Positions 39,740 to 49,933 of a stretch of DNA of 64,000 nucleotides are shown here, one piece after another. The position numbers were made by a program, and so were the translations under genes. This DNA comes from an uncultured Flavobacteriales bacterium (GTDB taxonomy: Bacteria > Bacteroidota > Bacteroidia > CAIKAF01): contig CAILUT010000011.1 of NCBI GenBank assembly GCA_903837495.1, positions 1,946-65,945 of the forward strand, written 5' to 3'. How positions within the stretch are numbered: the first letter of the stretch is position 1; each line of letters opens with the position of its first letter. The notes beneath the pieces were generated by a model. The model was not told the DNA's origin. It searched no databases and saw only the letters and a program-made list of their open reading frames with translations.

Positions 39740-40596
39740 GGCAGATAAGCCTTCATACTGATGTCGATGCTTCGAACCGAATGGGTTAAAGCGCCCATTG
39801 AAATAAAATCAACCCCCGTTTCGGCATAGTACAGCAGATTGGCTTCGGTAATGCCACCGCTGGCTTCGGTTTCTATGCGCCCCTGGACCAAGGTTAAAGC
39901 TTCGCGCACCTGATGGGGCTGAAAATTGTCGAACATAATGCGTTGAATTGTGCCGGGTAGGTCCAGAACCTCCTGTACGTCTTTCAGGTTTCGGGTTTCG
40001 ATTTCGACGGGCAAATTCAGGCTGTTTTTATGTAGATATTCCATTAATCGCTCATAGGCAGGGCGGATTCCGCCTGCAAAATCGCGGTGGTTGTCTTTAA
40101 TCATGGCCATATCGTACAGGCCAAAGCGGTGGTTTTGGCCGCCTCCATGCAAAACGGCTTCTTTTTCAAACCGGCGCAGCAGGGGCGTTGTTTTTCGGGT
40201 ATCGAGCAATCGGGTTGACGTGTGTGCAATGAGTTGGCACAGCCGCTGCGTTTGCGAGGCAATTCCACAGGTACGCTGAATCAAATTTAGGGCGATTCGC
40301 TCGGCCGAAAGCAACACATGGGCTGGCCCTTCTACTTCGAGCAGTACATCTCCCACAAAAAAGGGCTGTCCGTCAGAAACCAACAGAGACACCTGAACAG
40401 AGGGGTCTAAAAATTTGAAAATGGGGGCAATGTAATGGGCTCCCGAAAAAACCCCAGATTCTTTGGCCAGCCACAGGGCTTTTGCCTGTTGATGTTCGCC
40501 AAAAACTCCTAGGGAAGTAACATCGCCCTGCTTGCCTACATCTTCTTGAAAGGCTTGCTGCAGAAAAGTTGAAAACCAAAGTTGGGAATTAGTCAT
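39736..40596 (-). CDS. nadC: nicotinate-nucleotide pyrophosphorylase (carboxylating) / quinolinate phosphoribosyltransferase
   Basis: 286 aa. …LLDTRKTTPLLR…, IETEASGGI…GVDFISMGALTHS are conserved NadC segments. Confidence 0.85.
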   Translation of the reverse strand: MTNSQLWFSTFLQQAFQEDVGKQGDVTSLGVFGEHQQAKALWLAKESGVFSGAHYIAPIFKFLDPSVQVSLLVSDGQPFFVGDVLLEVEGPAHVLLSAERIALNLIQRTCGIASQTQRLCQLIAHTSTRLLDTRKTTPLLRRFEKEAVLHGGGQNHRFGLYDMAMIKDNHRDFAGGIRPAYERLMEYLHKNSLNLPVEIETRNLKDVQEVLDLPGTIQRIMFDNFQPHQVREALTLVQGRIETEASGGITEANLLYYAETGVDFISMGALTHSVRSIDISMKAYLP

Positions 40597-40978
40597 TGGA
40601 TTGTACCTCGAAAGAATGTACCCGTTCAGTGCCGTTGACCTCTTTAAACAGCACGTAAATTCGGAATTTTTGTTGGGCGGTTTTCCATTCGCCGATAAAA
40701 AAATGAGGCTTGCCCTTTTGTTCTTGCACCTGAGAAATGTGAACGGAAGTGGGGGGATAGTCTTTAATAAAGGATTGAATGAGTTGCCCGGCTTGAGCCT
40801 GAGAATATACGCCTTCTTGAGCTAGAATACGTAGATTAAGGGAAGTGTGGGCTTGCTGTACAAAAGCTTTAGCGTCTTTTTGCAAAAGGGCTTGCCTTGC
40901 TTTTTGAACAGGGGATTGGCCAAATGAGCGGACAAAAAACAGGAAAACAAACAAAACAGAAAGAAGGAATCGGCCCAT
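40589..40978 (-). CDS. small secreted protein, probably DUF4783
   Basis: 129 aa. Signal peptide. Sits upstream of nadC with an 8-nt overlap, an arrangement I recall as common in Bacteroidota. The domain name is tentative. Confidence 0.4.
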   Translation of the reverse strand: MGRFLLSVLFVFLFFVRSFGQSPVQKARQALLQKDAKAFVQQAHTSLNLRILAQEGVYSQAQAGQLIQSFIKDYPPTSVHISQVQEQKGKPHFFIGEWKTAQQKFRIYVLFKEVNGTERVHSFEVQSND

Positions 40979-41024
40979 GGTTTAAAAATTAATGCAAAAT
41001 TGCACAAAAATTAAGCCAATATCG

Positions 41025-41501
41025 ATGGAAGTTCGGATTGTATCTGTGGGAAAGTTACGGCAGGCCTATGCCCTTGAGGGTTGCCGCATGTATGAGGAGC
41101 GGTTAAAGCACTATATTAAACTGCAGGTTCAGGCGGTAGCAGATGTAAAGGGGCAGTTTACCGAGCAGGAAAAGGCCCGGGTGGAGTGCGAAAAAGTAAT
41201 GAGTGCGCTGCAAGGCTGCGAAGCTGTGGTTCTTTTGGACGAGGGGGGCAGCCGACTAAGTTCCGTAAAGGTGGCCGATTTTTTTGAAGAATTTAGGCGG
41301 ACTGGGGTCAAAAAGCTGGCTTTTGTAGTTGGGGGGGCTTCGGGGTTTACTCCTGAATTTAAGGAGCTGTATTCCATGCATTGGCGAATATCGGACCTTA
41401 CCTTGCCGCACGAAATGGCTAGGCTTGTATTGACCGAGCAGTTGTACCGGGCCATGACCATATTAAAGGGAGAGCCCTACCACAAAGTGGGCTTGGGCTG
41501 A
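41025..41501 (+). CDS. rlmH: 23S rRNA (pseudouridine1915-N3)-methyltransferase RlmH
   Basis: 158 aa from MEVRIVSVGKLRQ… SPOUT-fold. The C-terminal motif …LTLPHEMARLVLTEQLYRA… is present. The upstream Met at 40992 was not used. Confidence 0.85.
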   Translation: MEVRIVSVGKLRQAYALEGCRMYEERLKHYIKLQVQAVADVKGQFTEQEKARVECEKVMSALQGCEAVVLLDEGGSRLSSVKVADFFEEFRRTGVKKLAFVVGGASGFTPEFKELYSMHWRISDLTLPHEMARLVLTEQLYRAMTILKGEPYHKVGLG

Positions 41502-41512
41502 GGGGGGGGGGG
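41502..41512. repeat. G11 homopolymer immediately after the rlmH stop
   Basis: gctgaGGGGGGGGGGGagttt, between two convergent gene ends. Confidence 0.9.
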
Positions 41513-41515
41513 AGT

Positions 41516-41938
41516 TTACCAGATGGAGCGTTGAACCAGATCTCCGGCCTCGTTGAAATACAATTTCAAATGTTGACCGTTGGCGTTCAGGATTGCTGCA
41601 AACTTTAGGGGGTTTTCAGATTGGAACTGACGAACGTAATCCACTTGATACTGGCCGCCGGACCCGGTGAAACCTCTTTCCAGCATTTCTTGGGCTTTAG
41701 CGGGCAGGGCCGAGACATCGGAAAGGGAGGCAATGCCTTGAAATTGGCCATCTAAGCTGTATTCGGCGTAGGAGGGTCCGGAGTTCTTTTTGAAGGAGGC
41801 GACAATTTGATTGCCTTCGTTTGCCCAAGAGGCCTCGCCGCCGAATCGGGTGGCAAAATCATCGAGCGCTTTTTGATTTGTTTGAGCCATGCCCAACAAA
41901 GAGAAAAAGAATAAAGCGAATACAGAGGCCAGTTTCAT
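41516..41938 (-). CDS. small secreted protein, PepSY-like (DUF2874-like) fold candidate
   Basis: 140 aa. Signal peptide MKLASVFALFFFSLLGMAQ. Two short homologous halves. Weak assignment. Confidence 0.35.
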   Translation of the reverse strand: MKLASVFALFFFSLLGMAQTNQKALDDFATRFGGEASWANEGNQIVASFKKNSGPSYAEYSLDGQFQGIASLSDVSALPAKAQEMLERGFTGSGGQYQVDYVRQFQSENPLKFAAILNANGQHLKLYFNEAGDLVQRSIW

Positions 41939-41955
41939 ATCAGGTATATTTTAAG

Positions 41956-42996
41956 TTAAAGATACGGTAATCTCTTTGAATTTGGTTGCAAGTTTAACAA
42001 GAAATTCATGAGATTAACATTATCGGGGTAATCTTGAAGGCCAGGGCCTTGACTTAGTCCAAGGGGCAGTTGCTTGGTTCCAACGCAGCATTGAAGGGCA
42101 TTAGACTGCAACCAAGCCTCGGGAATTTCAGGTGAAAGAGCATAGCTGTAATGCACCACCGATACGGGGGAAGCCAAGTTTTCTGATTCGGTTAGCATAA
42201 AAAAGCCTGCATCCAGAAAGGGTTTAGCGGCCACCAGCATCACGGCTTTTTGGTAATCGTAGTTGTTCATATATCGGTGGTGGTGGCTTATGTATTCAAA
42301 TTCGGTTTCCCAGCATTTCATTAGGGGTTCAAAGTTAAAATTGTGGGGCAGCAACAGGTGCGAAACGCTGCGGCAGCCTAGGCCATAATAGGCAAAGACA
42401 TCGGAGCCTAGGGCAATCAGTTCGGCATGGCTTTCCTTTCCGGTTAGAATAGCCGCACTGCTTCGGCTGCTGCGTAAAATATGAGGTACATGCCTAAAAT
42501 AGTATTCAAAATATCGATTTGAATTGGCGCTTCCCGTGGCGATCACCGCATCGAATCCGCTGAGTTTCTGTCCTGAAAATTCGACCATAGAGTCGGGCAT
42601 TCCAGCTTGTTGAACAAACCAAGGAAGCAGGGCGGGGTCAGAACTCGACAATTTAATAATGGCCTTATGTCCGCTTAGCCAGACGGCCAAGGCATCTAAA
42701 AAGTTCACCATAGGGATGTTGCCGGCCATGATGATTCCAACGTTTTTTGGCAGCAGGGGCTCATCGGGTATTTTTTCGTCTGAAAGCCATTGCATCAGAA
42801 CCGGAGTGCGAAGCCAAGGGCGAATGGCCGAAACGGCACGGCGTATTTCGGCCTCGGTAAACCAAGGATTGCTTTGCCCTGCGGCGGCGATTGCGGTCGA
42901 GGCCACTGTTGAGTTAGGATCCAAGAATGCGTCCATGGCCAAACCCATGGATTCCAACACCTGCAACCTATCCCTTAAAAGGGGGATATTTTTCAT
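41956..42996 (-). CDS. LuxC-like acyl-CoA reductase family protein
   Basis: 346 aa. The size and the pairing with an adjacent divergent ferredoxin gene match a conserved Bacteroidota pair usually annotated as acyl-CoA reductase (from memory). Confidence 0.5.
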   Translation of the reverse strand: MKNIPLLRDRLQVLESMGLAMDAFLDPNSTVASTAIAAAGQSNPWFTEAEIRRAVSAIRPWLRTPVLMQWLSDEKIPDEPLLPKNVGIIMAGNIPMVNFLDALAVWLSGHKAIIKLSSSDPALLPWFVQQAGMPDSMVEFSGQKLSGFDAVIATGSANSNRYFEYYFRHVPHILRSSRSSAAILTGKESHAELIALGSDVFAYYGLGCRSVSHLLLPHNFNFEPLMKCWETEFEYISHHHRYMNNYDYQKAVMLVAAKPFLDAGFFMLTESENLASPVSVVHYSYALSPEIPEAWLQSNALQCCVGTKQLPLGLSQGPGLQDYPDNVNLMNFLLNLQPNSKRLPYL

Positions 42997-43028
42997 ACTT
43001 TTGCAAATATCTTAAAAGGATTGCTGAT

Positions 43029-43376
43029 ATGGCCATAAAAATAACGGACGAGTGCATTAATTGCGGAGCTTGCGAACCAGAATGCCCAAACAACGCCATT
43101 TATGAAGGGGGCGTAGAATGGAAAATAGCCGATGGAACCTCGGTAAAAGGAAACTTTGAACTGAGAAGCGGGAGCAACATTGATGCCAATTCCCCGCAAA
43201 ATGCAGTTTCGATGGACGTGTATTACATCGTTTCCGACAAGTGCACAGAATGCGTTGGGTTTCATGATGAGCCTCAATGTGCAGCGGTATGTCCGGTAGA
43301 TTGCTGTGTGGACGACGAGGAGATTCGGGAAACCCAGGATCAGCTCTTTGCGAAAAAAGACAAATTGCACCTTTAA
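43029..43376 (+). CDS. 4Fe-4S dicluster ferredoxin
   Basis: 115 aa from the ATG at 43029. Two CxxCxxCxxxCP motifs ([12 protein letters not shown] and CTECVGF…CAAVCP). Confidence 0.85.
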   Translation: MAIKITDECINCGACEPECPNNAIYEGGVEWKIADGTSVKGNFELRSGSNIDANSPQNAVSMDVYYIVSDKCTECVGFHDEPQCAAVCPVDCCVDDEEIRETQDQLFAKKDKLHL

Positions 43377-43413
43377 CATATTGGGGGCCGGTGTTTTCCG
43401 TTGTTTGTATAGC

Positions 43414-44283
43414 ATGAAAACCTGGAAAGCCGTTTTTTTCTGTTCGTTTTTTGTTGGCCCCCTTTTTGGACAGGCTACCTATCAAGAATTGCGTCATTGG
43501 CATCAGGCCTCCCTTTCGATCGACAATCCGATTGAAAAATCGAAAGCCCTATCGGAAAGGCTTTGGACAGCTCTGCAGGAACAATTGGAAAAAGGAAACA
43601 GCTTGGTTGCCGACAGCCTTCCTTCCATTTCGCAGGTTGAACTAAAGGCAGTAGGCAAAGTGGTGTACACCTGGCTGACTCGGCACCAGGATTCATTTCA
43701 AACCTGGGGGCTTATTTACGACAAAAAAAGTTTGGAAACCTGGGAACTGCATCCCAACGAATCGGCTGTACTTGGGGAGCCGAGCCAAATAAAAAAGCTG
43801 CTGAGTGGCGGGCATTGGCCGGGCGTCTTGATGTACGAAGCAGTCCCTTTTAAGCGCAAAGGGCAAACCATGTATTTGACCATCGGTTTTTTTCCGGGGG
43901 CCGACAACGTAAGCTACAAGCACTTAGACATATTGTCGTTTGACAAAGCGGGGGCTCCCATATTTGGCGGCCGCTACATGCTTTGGGAGGGTCAAAAAAT
44001 AGGCCGAAAAACATTTCGGTATTCCGCCCAAGCCAGCATGATGTTGAAAACCGAAAAGGGAGGCAAGCGCGTGGTTATGGACCATTTGGCGCCGGCCTCG
44101 CCCGAATTAAAAAATCAATTCGCTTTTTACGGTCCCGATTTAAGCTACGATGCCTTGGAATTCAATGGAGAGGAATGGATTCTTATCGCGGACGTAGATG
44201 TAAAAAACCCGGGCCAAGATTTAGGGCAACCCGGTCAGATTCAACGGTTTGGACCCCAGATAAAACCTCGAAGGCAGCCCTGA
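43414..44283 (+). CDS. secreted hypothetical protein
   Basis: 289 aa from MKTWKAVFFCSFFVGPLFGQA (signal peptide). No recognisable motif. The ORF upstream of the Met at 43414 overlaps the ferredoxin and was not used. Confidence 0.5.
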   Translation: MKTWKAVFFCSFFVGPLFGQATYQELRHWHQASLSIDNPIEKSKALSERLWTALQEQLEKGNSLVADSLPSISQVELKAVGKVVYTWLTRHQDSFQTWGLIYDKKSLETWELHPNESAVLGEPSQIKKLLSGGHWPGVLMYEAVPFKRKGQTMYLTIGFFPGADNVSYKHLDILSFDKAGAPIFGGRYMLWEGQKIGRKTFRYSAQASMMLKTEKGGKRVVMDHLAPASPELKNQFAFYGPDLSYDALEFNGEEWILIADVDVKNPGQDLGQPGQIQRFGPQIKPRRQP

Positions 44284-44361
44284 ATCGGAAACAAATAGAC
44301 ATGCCCTTTACGGAATGGGGAGTGTAAACCAAACAGAACTTTAGCTTTATTACCTTTACGC

Positions 44362-45192
44362 ATGGCAAAACTGAAATTAGTTGGCTGTTTTTTAATCGCC
44401 TTTCTCCTAGGCAACAGGGAACAAATATCGGCACAAACCAAGGAAGGTCAGGTAGATTTGGTTCAAGTTTCGGGGTATGTGGTTCGGGCCGATTCTCTGT
44501 ATCCCATACCTTTTGCACACATCATAAATCCAACGACCCGTCAAGGCGTAATATCAGATGGAACAGGATATTACAACGTCTTGATTCGACGGACCGATAC
44601 GCTGGAATTCCAAGCCATCGGATACGAAGTAACCCGATTCTTCCTAACTCCCGAAACACAAACGGCGGTATTTACGTTCAACGCTCTTTTAAAACCGATT
44701 GCATACGATATAGAAACCTACGCATTCAATCAATTTACCTACGATAGGGTCATAGAACAAATCCGAAAGATGGGCGTAACCGAAAATGAAAAATCGCTGG
44801 CCGAAGGTCGGTTGCGGCAGGGTTACTATAGTCCGCGACCCGGTACAGGGGTTTTGTTGTCGGGCCCTTTTACCAAGTTGTATGAAAAATTTAGCCGGCA
44901 GGCAAAAGAAATGGAGAAGTTAAGGGATTTGATGTCGGGCGATGTTATGGAGGCCCAAGCTCAAGCCCGCTTAACCCCAGAAATGCTGGAACGCATCACC
45001 GGGCTAGCTCCCGCAGATTTGGAAGAATTCGTCAAGTTTTGCGACCTTGGAACCGAATTTATTGCCCAGGCTACCACCTACGATGTTATGGTAGCGGTGG
45101 GAAAATGCCACGAAGAATTTTTAAAGGCCTTTCCCGAATTAAGATATACCAAGGAAGACCTAAACCAAAATAAACCAAAAAGTTCAAACTAA
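44362..45192 (+). CDS. carboxypeptidase-regulatory-like (CarbopepD_reg) domain protein
   Basis: 276 aa. Signal peptide. The block [54 protein letters not shown] is the classic transthyretin-like CarbopepD_reg domain. Confidence 0.6.
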   Translation: MAKLKLVGCFLIAFLLGNREQISAQTKEGQVDLVQVSGYVVRADSLYPIPFAHIINPTTRQGVISDGTGYYNVLIRRTDTLEFQAIGYEVTRFFLTPETQTAVFTFNALLKPIAYDIETYAFNQFTYDRVIEQIRKMGVTENEKSLAEGRLRQGYYSPRPGTGVLLSGPFTKLYEKFSRQAKEMEKLRDLMSGDVMEAQAQARLTPEMLERITGLAPADLEEFVKFCDLGTEFIAQATTYDVMVAVGKCHEEFLKAFPELRYTKEDLNQNKPKSSN

Positions 45193-45193
45193 G

Positions 45194-46186
45194 ATGGCGG
45201 GAACGAACTTTGTTGATTATGTGAAGATTTGCTGCCGCTCAGGGCGGGGTGGAAAGGGTTCGATTCATTTTCACCGCGATAAACTAACCGCCAAAGGCGG
45301 TCCCGATGGAGGGGACGGCGGCCAAGGCGGCCATATTATTTTACGGGGAAACAAGCAGTTTTGGACGCTGATTCACCTTAAATACCGGAAGCATGTTATT
45401 GCTGAACCTGGAGGAATGGGCTTGGGAGCTTTGATGCATGGAAAAAAAGGGGCAGATGTAGTTTTAGACGTTCCATTAGGTACGATTGCCCGCGATGCAG
45501 AAACCGGAATACAAGAAGCCGAAATTACCGAAGACGGTCAAACCGTTATTTTGGTGCCCGGTGGACGCGGCGGCATGGGCAACAATCACTTTAAAACCGC
45601 CACCAGACAAACCCCCCGGTTTGCCCAACCCGGCGAAGATGGCATGGATATTTGGAAAATCCTAGAATTAAAAGTGCTGGCCGATGTCGGTTTGGTCGGC
45701 TTTCCCAATGCGGGCAAATCAACCCTGCTCTCGGTCGTATCGGCCGCTAAACCCGAAATTGCGGATTATCCGTTCACCACCTTGGTTCCCAATTTGGGCA
45801 TTGTGGAATACCGCGATTTTTTGTCCTTTGTTTGGGCCGATATCCCCGGAATAATTGAAGGAGCCTCCGAAGGAAAAGGACTGGGAACCCGTTTTTTAAA
45901 ACACATTGAACGCAACAGCAGCCTGCTGTTTTTAATCCCCGCCGACGATTCAAACCCCAGAAAAACCCTCTCGATATTGCTCAATGAACTCCAGACTTTT
46001 AACCCTGAATTGCTTTTAAAACAAAGGGTGGTTGGAATAAGCAAGGCCGATTTGCTGGACGAGGAATTGATGGCAGAAATGAAGGAACAGCTCCTGGATT
46101 TGAATCCCATTTTCTTTTCCTCGGTTACCGGGCAAGGAATACCTGAATTAAAAGACCGGGTTTGGTCTAGCCTGCACCATGATTGA
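45194..46186 (+). CDS. obg: GTPase Obg/CgtA
   Basis: 330 aa. N-terminal glycine-rich Obg fold ([14 protein letters not shown]). G1 motif [10 protein letters not shown]3 DIPG. Confidence 0.95.
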   Translation: MAGTNFVDYVKICCRSGRGGKGSIHFHRDKLTAKGGPDGGDGGQGGHIILRGNKQFWTLIHLKYRKHVIAEPGGMGLGALMHGKKGADVVLDVPLGTIARDAETGIQEAEITEDGQTVILVPGGRGGMGNNHFKTATRQTPRFAQPGEDGMDIWKILELKVLADVGLVGFPNAGKSTLLSVVSAAKPEIADYPFTTLVPNLGIVEYRDFLSFVWADIPGIIEGASEGKGLGTRFLKHIERNSSLLFLIPADDSNPRKTLSILLNELQTFNPELLLKQRVVGISKADLLDEELMAEMKEQLLDLNPIFFSSVTGQGIPELKDRVWSSLHHD

Positions 46187-46787
46187 ACAGGTTGACAGAG
46201 ATATATTTTTCATCATTAACGGAGCACATCACCCCGTTTTAGATGTATTTATGCTTCTGTTTTCTAACAAATATGCCTGGGTTTGGTTTTATGTACTGAT
46301 TTTAGGAATGGGATTCCGAAAGCTCGGATTAAAAGTGTTTGTTTTCGTTCTTTTCGCACTGGCTTCTTTGTTTCTATCCGATTTTATTTCGGTGCATGGA
46401 TTTAAAGATGTTTTTCAGCGCCTACGGCCCTGCCACAATTTGGATTTTGGACATTTGGTACGGGTTATTAACGGATGTGGGGGGCAGTTTGGATTTGTAT
46501 CTTCCCATGCCGCGAATTCCGCAGGCATCGCCACATTGGTTTCTATGAGTGGAGTTTTGGTTTTTGAAATGCCAATGCAACGAAAATTCCTGTTCCAAGC
46601 ACTCCTGTTTTCGTACCCCATTTTGAATGGGTACTCCCGAATTTACTTAGGCGTTCATTATCCCTACGATGTGTTGGGAGGTTTTGCCCTGGGAACAGGA
46701 ATAGGGCTAATGCTGGGAATGGCCTGGAAGTACTGGTACTTAAGGCATGGGTATCCAACCATTAAAAGTCCGACACCCATGAACTAA
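46179..46787 (+). CDS. PAP2-family phosphatase (undecaprenyl-diphosphatase/BcrC-like)
   Basis: 202 aa membrane protein. PAP2 motifs [29 protein letters not shown]. Confidence 0.8.
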   Translation: MIEQVDRDIFFIINGAHHPVLDVFMLLFSNKYAWVWFYVLILGMGFRKLGLKVFVFVLFALASLFLSDFISVHGFKDVFQRLRPCHNLDFGHLVRVINGCGGQFGFVSSHAANSAGIATLVSMSGVLVFEMPMQRKFLFQALLFSYPILNGYSRIYLGVHYPYDVLGGFALGTGIGLMLGMAWKYWYLRHGYPTIKSPTPMN

Positions 46788-46795
46788 AGGGTAGT

Positions 46796-47941
46796 TTAGC
46801 ATTGCATCAATGCTGCATTTAGGTCTTCCATTAAATCTTCGACATCTTCTACGCCCACCGACAGACGGATCAATCCATCGGAAATACCGTTGGCCAAACG
46901 AACCTCAGCAGGAATGCTGGCATGGGTCATACTGGCAGGATGGGAGGCCAAACTTTCAACTCCGCCCAAGGATTCAGCCAACACAAACAGCCGGGTATTT
47001 AATAAAAAAATACGGGCGTTTTCTGCGCTGTTGTTTTTCAATTCAAAAGAAAGCATCCCCCCAAATCCGTTCATTTGTTTGGCCGCAATCAAGTGGCCGG
47101 GATGTTCGGGCAAGCCAGGATAATACACCTGAGCCACCTTTTGATGGCCTTGTAAAAACTGTGCGATTTGACCGGCGTTTTCGACGTGGGCTTTCATGCG
47201 CAAATGAAGGGTTTTTATGCCACGCAAAGCCAAATAACAATCCATGGGCCCGGGGGTTGCACCGGTGCTTTTTTGATTGAAAAACAAGGATTCCGCTAGC
47301 CGATTGTCGCTGGTTACCAATCCGCCCATAATTAAATCGGAATGCCCCCCAATGTATTTGGTCATCGAATGCATCACCACATCGGCACCCAAAGCCAGGG
47401 GATTTTGAAGCAGGGGGGAAGCAAAGGTATTGTCAACCACCAGCACGATTCCATGTTTTTTGCAAATCTGGGCACAAAGCTCAATATCTACCACTTTAAG
47501 GGTTGGATTTGTAGGGGTTTCTATCCACATCAACCGGGTTGTTGGCTGAATGGCCGCTTCAATTTCAGCTGCGGAAGAGCAGCCAATAAAAGAAAATCCG
47601 ATGCCTAACTTCTCATAGCTTTGACGAAAAAGGCGATAAGTACCTCCATACAAATCGTTCATTGCCACAACGTGGTCGCCGGTTGACAGGGTTTTCAATA
47701 CGCAATCCACCGCACCCATGCCCGATGAAAAGCAAAAACCATGGTTGCCCCCTTCCAGTTCGGCCAAGGCTTTTTCAAGTACGGTGCGGCTGGGATTTCC
47801 GGCCCTAGAATAATCGTATCCTTGGTGTTCCCCAGGGGCTTTTTGAACATAGGTCGAGGTAAAAAACACCGGCGGCATCACAGCTCCTGTTACCGGTTCT
47901 GGCTCATGACCAGCATGCACACAAAGGGTCGATTTTTTCAT
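46796..47941 (-). CDS. PLP-dependent cystathionine gamma-synthase / gamma-lyase (Cys/Met metabolism family)
   Basis: 381 aa. MTKYIGGHSD contains the PLP-Lys. N-terminal …TLCVHAG… is typical of the family. Confidence 0.85.
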   Translation of the reverse strand: MKKSTLCVHAGHEPEPVTGAVMPPVFFTSTYVQKAPGEHQGYDYSRAGNPSRTVLEKALAELEGGNHGFCFSSGMGAVDCVLKTLSTGDHVVAMNDLYGGTYRLFRQSYEKLGIGFSFIGCSSAAEIEAAIQPTTRLMWIETPTNPTLKVVDIELCAQICKKHGIVLVVDNTFASPLLQNPLALGADVVMHSMTKYIGGHSDLIMGGLVTSDNRLAESLFFNQKSTGATPGPMDCYLALRGIKTLHLRMKAHVENAGQIAQFLQGHQKVAQVYYPGLPEHPGHLIAAKQMNGFGGMLSFELKNNSAENARIFLLNTRLFVLAESLGGVESLASHPASMTHASIPAEVRLANGISDGLIRLSVGVEDVEDLMEDLNAALMQC

Positions 47942-47960
47942 ACCCCAAATGTAAAAAAAT

Positions 47961-48497
47961 CTATGGCTGGTATAACAGACTATCCTTGAGCAATGCGCTG
48001 CTGTCTTCTAAAGTATTGTTCAGGGTGGTCAGCACCGAAAGGGCTGTTTCGGCCGCCTGAGCCTTGGGGTGCTCTGGATAGGACTTAACCACCGCCAAAT
48101 ATGAAATTTCAGCCTCGTCGTAATTCAAAAACAACATTTGGTAAACCTGACCCCGCAAATAAAGCAGTTCGGGTTTGCGTGCAAAGGTTGGCATTTCTTC
48201 CAACAAGGTTAAAGCCATAAGGGCAGAATCGCCCTCGTTCGATTTAAAATACAATTCGGCGGCATTGAAAATCAACGAAGGGGCCGAAGAATCGGAAGGG
48301 TAGGCACGGTAGAAAGCCATCGCTTTCTGCGAAAAGCGTATCCACAAATCCCGCTGAGCAGGACCAAACAATCCGTTTATGTTGTCTTCCATGATGCGTT
48401 CCCGCAAGGCCGACAATTCTTTATACTGTTCATTGCGGGCGCTGTCGCAGCCAAAAAAACCCAACACACACAAAACCAAAAGTATACGCAGTACCAT
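47961..48497 (-). CDS. TPR-like lipoprotein, unknown function (4th gene of a coupled operon)
   Basis: 178 aa. Lipobox LGFFGC. Helical repeat content. Its ATG shares a base with the stop of the upstream gene (TAATG). Confidence 0.5.
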   Translation of the reverse strand: MVLRILLVLCVLGFFGCDSARNEQYKELSALRERIMEDNINGLFGPAQRDLWIRFSQKAMAFYRAYPSDSSAPSLIFNAAELYFKSNEGDSALMALTLLEEMPTFARKPELLYLRGQVYQMLFLNYDEAEISYLAVVKSYPEHPKAQAAETALSVLTTLNNTLEDSSALLKDSLLYQP

Positions 48498-49933
48498 TAA
48501 CGAAATTTAACCTTAAATATAAGACCTGTTCCGTTTAAATCAAAAATTAGTTGAATTATTTCTTCAGTTTGGGAGGGTCGTTGCAAGGGTTCATTCGAAT
48601 AAACTCCTTTCCCAAGGTCTTTCCCCGCCAGGGTTTTCCAGCAAAAAGGCGTACCGATGGAAATTCCTGAAACCTGCAATTGATTTTCGGCGGGGTTGGG
48701 ATATACTTTAACTTGAAGGGGTTGCACATCTTCCTGGCTAAGAACGGTTGACAGGGCACAACTTCCATCAAAACCAAACCGGGTTAAAAAGGCTGAGTTT
48801 TGCCCTAAGCTGTGCTCATTGCTTTCGCCTACCACAATAAAGCCCTGATCCCATATTTGCGTATATCCGGCCATTTTTTGGTATCCGTAGCGGGCCGATA
48901 AAGTACCGTACAAAAAACTCATGTACTGGGTTTTGTCGTAGGATACATCCCAACTGTCATCGAAGTAGCGGCTCGACAAGGTGTATTGTACGCCTCCATC
49001 GGCTAAATACCCTGTATGTGAATGCCTTCGCTCTACGCTGCCCGACAATCCTAAATTCAAGCGACCAATGTCTTCGCCATATTCAGCGATGCGCCACAGA
49101 AAATTTTTCCATCGCCCTTGTTCGTCTTTTACATTTCCGCTCAACAACCACGAAAAAGCGCCGGTGGTGCTAATAAAAGGGCAAATTGAATACACCTCAT
49201 CTTCGTCGGAACCGCCCGAAAAAATAGTGGTGTCGGCCGCCAAACTAAAAGGTTGAACCAACGCAGCGAAGGCATCTGCTTCCCCAATATCTCCAGGAAA
49301 AACGGTACCTCCAATCAGCCAATTTCCGGCCGGCCCAAGATGAGCTGCGTTGGGTTGGGCGTCAACTCCGTTGGCCACCCAGGTGGTATCTCTAATCACA
49401 TCTCCGGCATCGGTCATCAACACCAATCGAACATCGCCGCCTCCATCTCCGCTGCTGTAGGTATGCAAAAGCAGCAAAAAATGTCCATCCGCATCGCGAA
49501 AAATACCCCGACCAAAATCCCAGCCACTGCCTCCGAAGGTCATGGTTTTAAGTGTGTCGCCGCTGGGGTTTGCCAATACCAGCCAGGCGTCGTAGCCGCC
49601 TTGGCCAAAGCTGTTGGTTTGACCCAACAAGGCCCAAACGGAAGAATCGGAGTTCCAGACCGAATAATTCAAGGCATCTTGACCTGGCCCGCCTAAGGTC
49701 TTATACCACAATGGATTTCCTAAGGAGTCGGAGCCGGCTAAAAAGGCATCTCCTTGATTGGACTGAACAATGCCGGCAAAAACCAAGCTGCTGTCGCGGG
49801 TCGCAAGCACTGTTTTTCCTGAACTGTACGACTCCCAGCTAAAGGTTCTAAACCAAGTGCTTTGGCCCCAAGATTCCACCGAAAGGCAAGTCCAAGCAAG
49901 CCCAAAAACGACCAAATGTAGGCTTCGAATCAT
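48497..49933 (-). CDS. secreted beta-propeller-like protein with T9SS-type C-terminal domain (3rd gene of a coupled operon)
   Basis: Start taken at MIRSLHLVVFGLAWTCLSVESWGQS (49933), which gives a 4-nt overlap with the upstream gene. The ORF could extend to 50005. Repeated G..D.G…DG.. blades. C-terminus VKVYPNPAENQLQV…IFKVKFR is T9SS-CTD-like. Confidence 0.5.
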   Translation of the reverse strand: MIRSLHLVVFGLAWTCLSVESWGQSTWFRTFSWESYSSGKTVLATRDSSLVFAGIVQSNQGDAFLAGSDSLGNPLWYKTLGGPGQDALNYSVWNSDSSVWALLGQTNSFGQGGYDAWLVLANPSGDTLKTMTFGGSGWDFGRGIFRDADGHFLLLLHTYSSGDGGGDVRLVLMTDAGDVIRDTTWVANGVDAQPNAAHLGPAGNWLIGGTVFPGDIGEADAFAALVQPFSLAADTTIFSGGSDEDEVYSICPFISTTGAFSWLLSGNVKDEQGRWKNFLWRIAEYGEDIGRLNLGLSGSVERRHSHTGYLADGGVQYTLSSRYFDDSWDVSYDKTQYMSFLYGTLSARYGYQKMAGYTQIWDQGFIVVGESNEHSLGQNSAFLTRFGFDGSCALSTVLSQEDVQPLQVKVYPNPAENQLQVSGISIGTPFCWKTLAGKDLGKGVYSNEPLQRPSQTEEIIQLIFDLNGTGLIFKVKFR

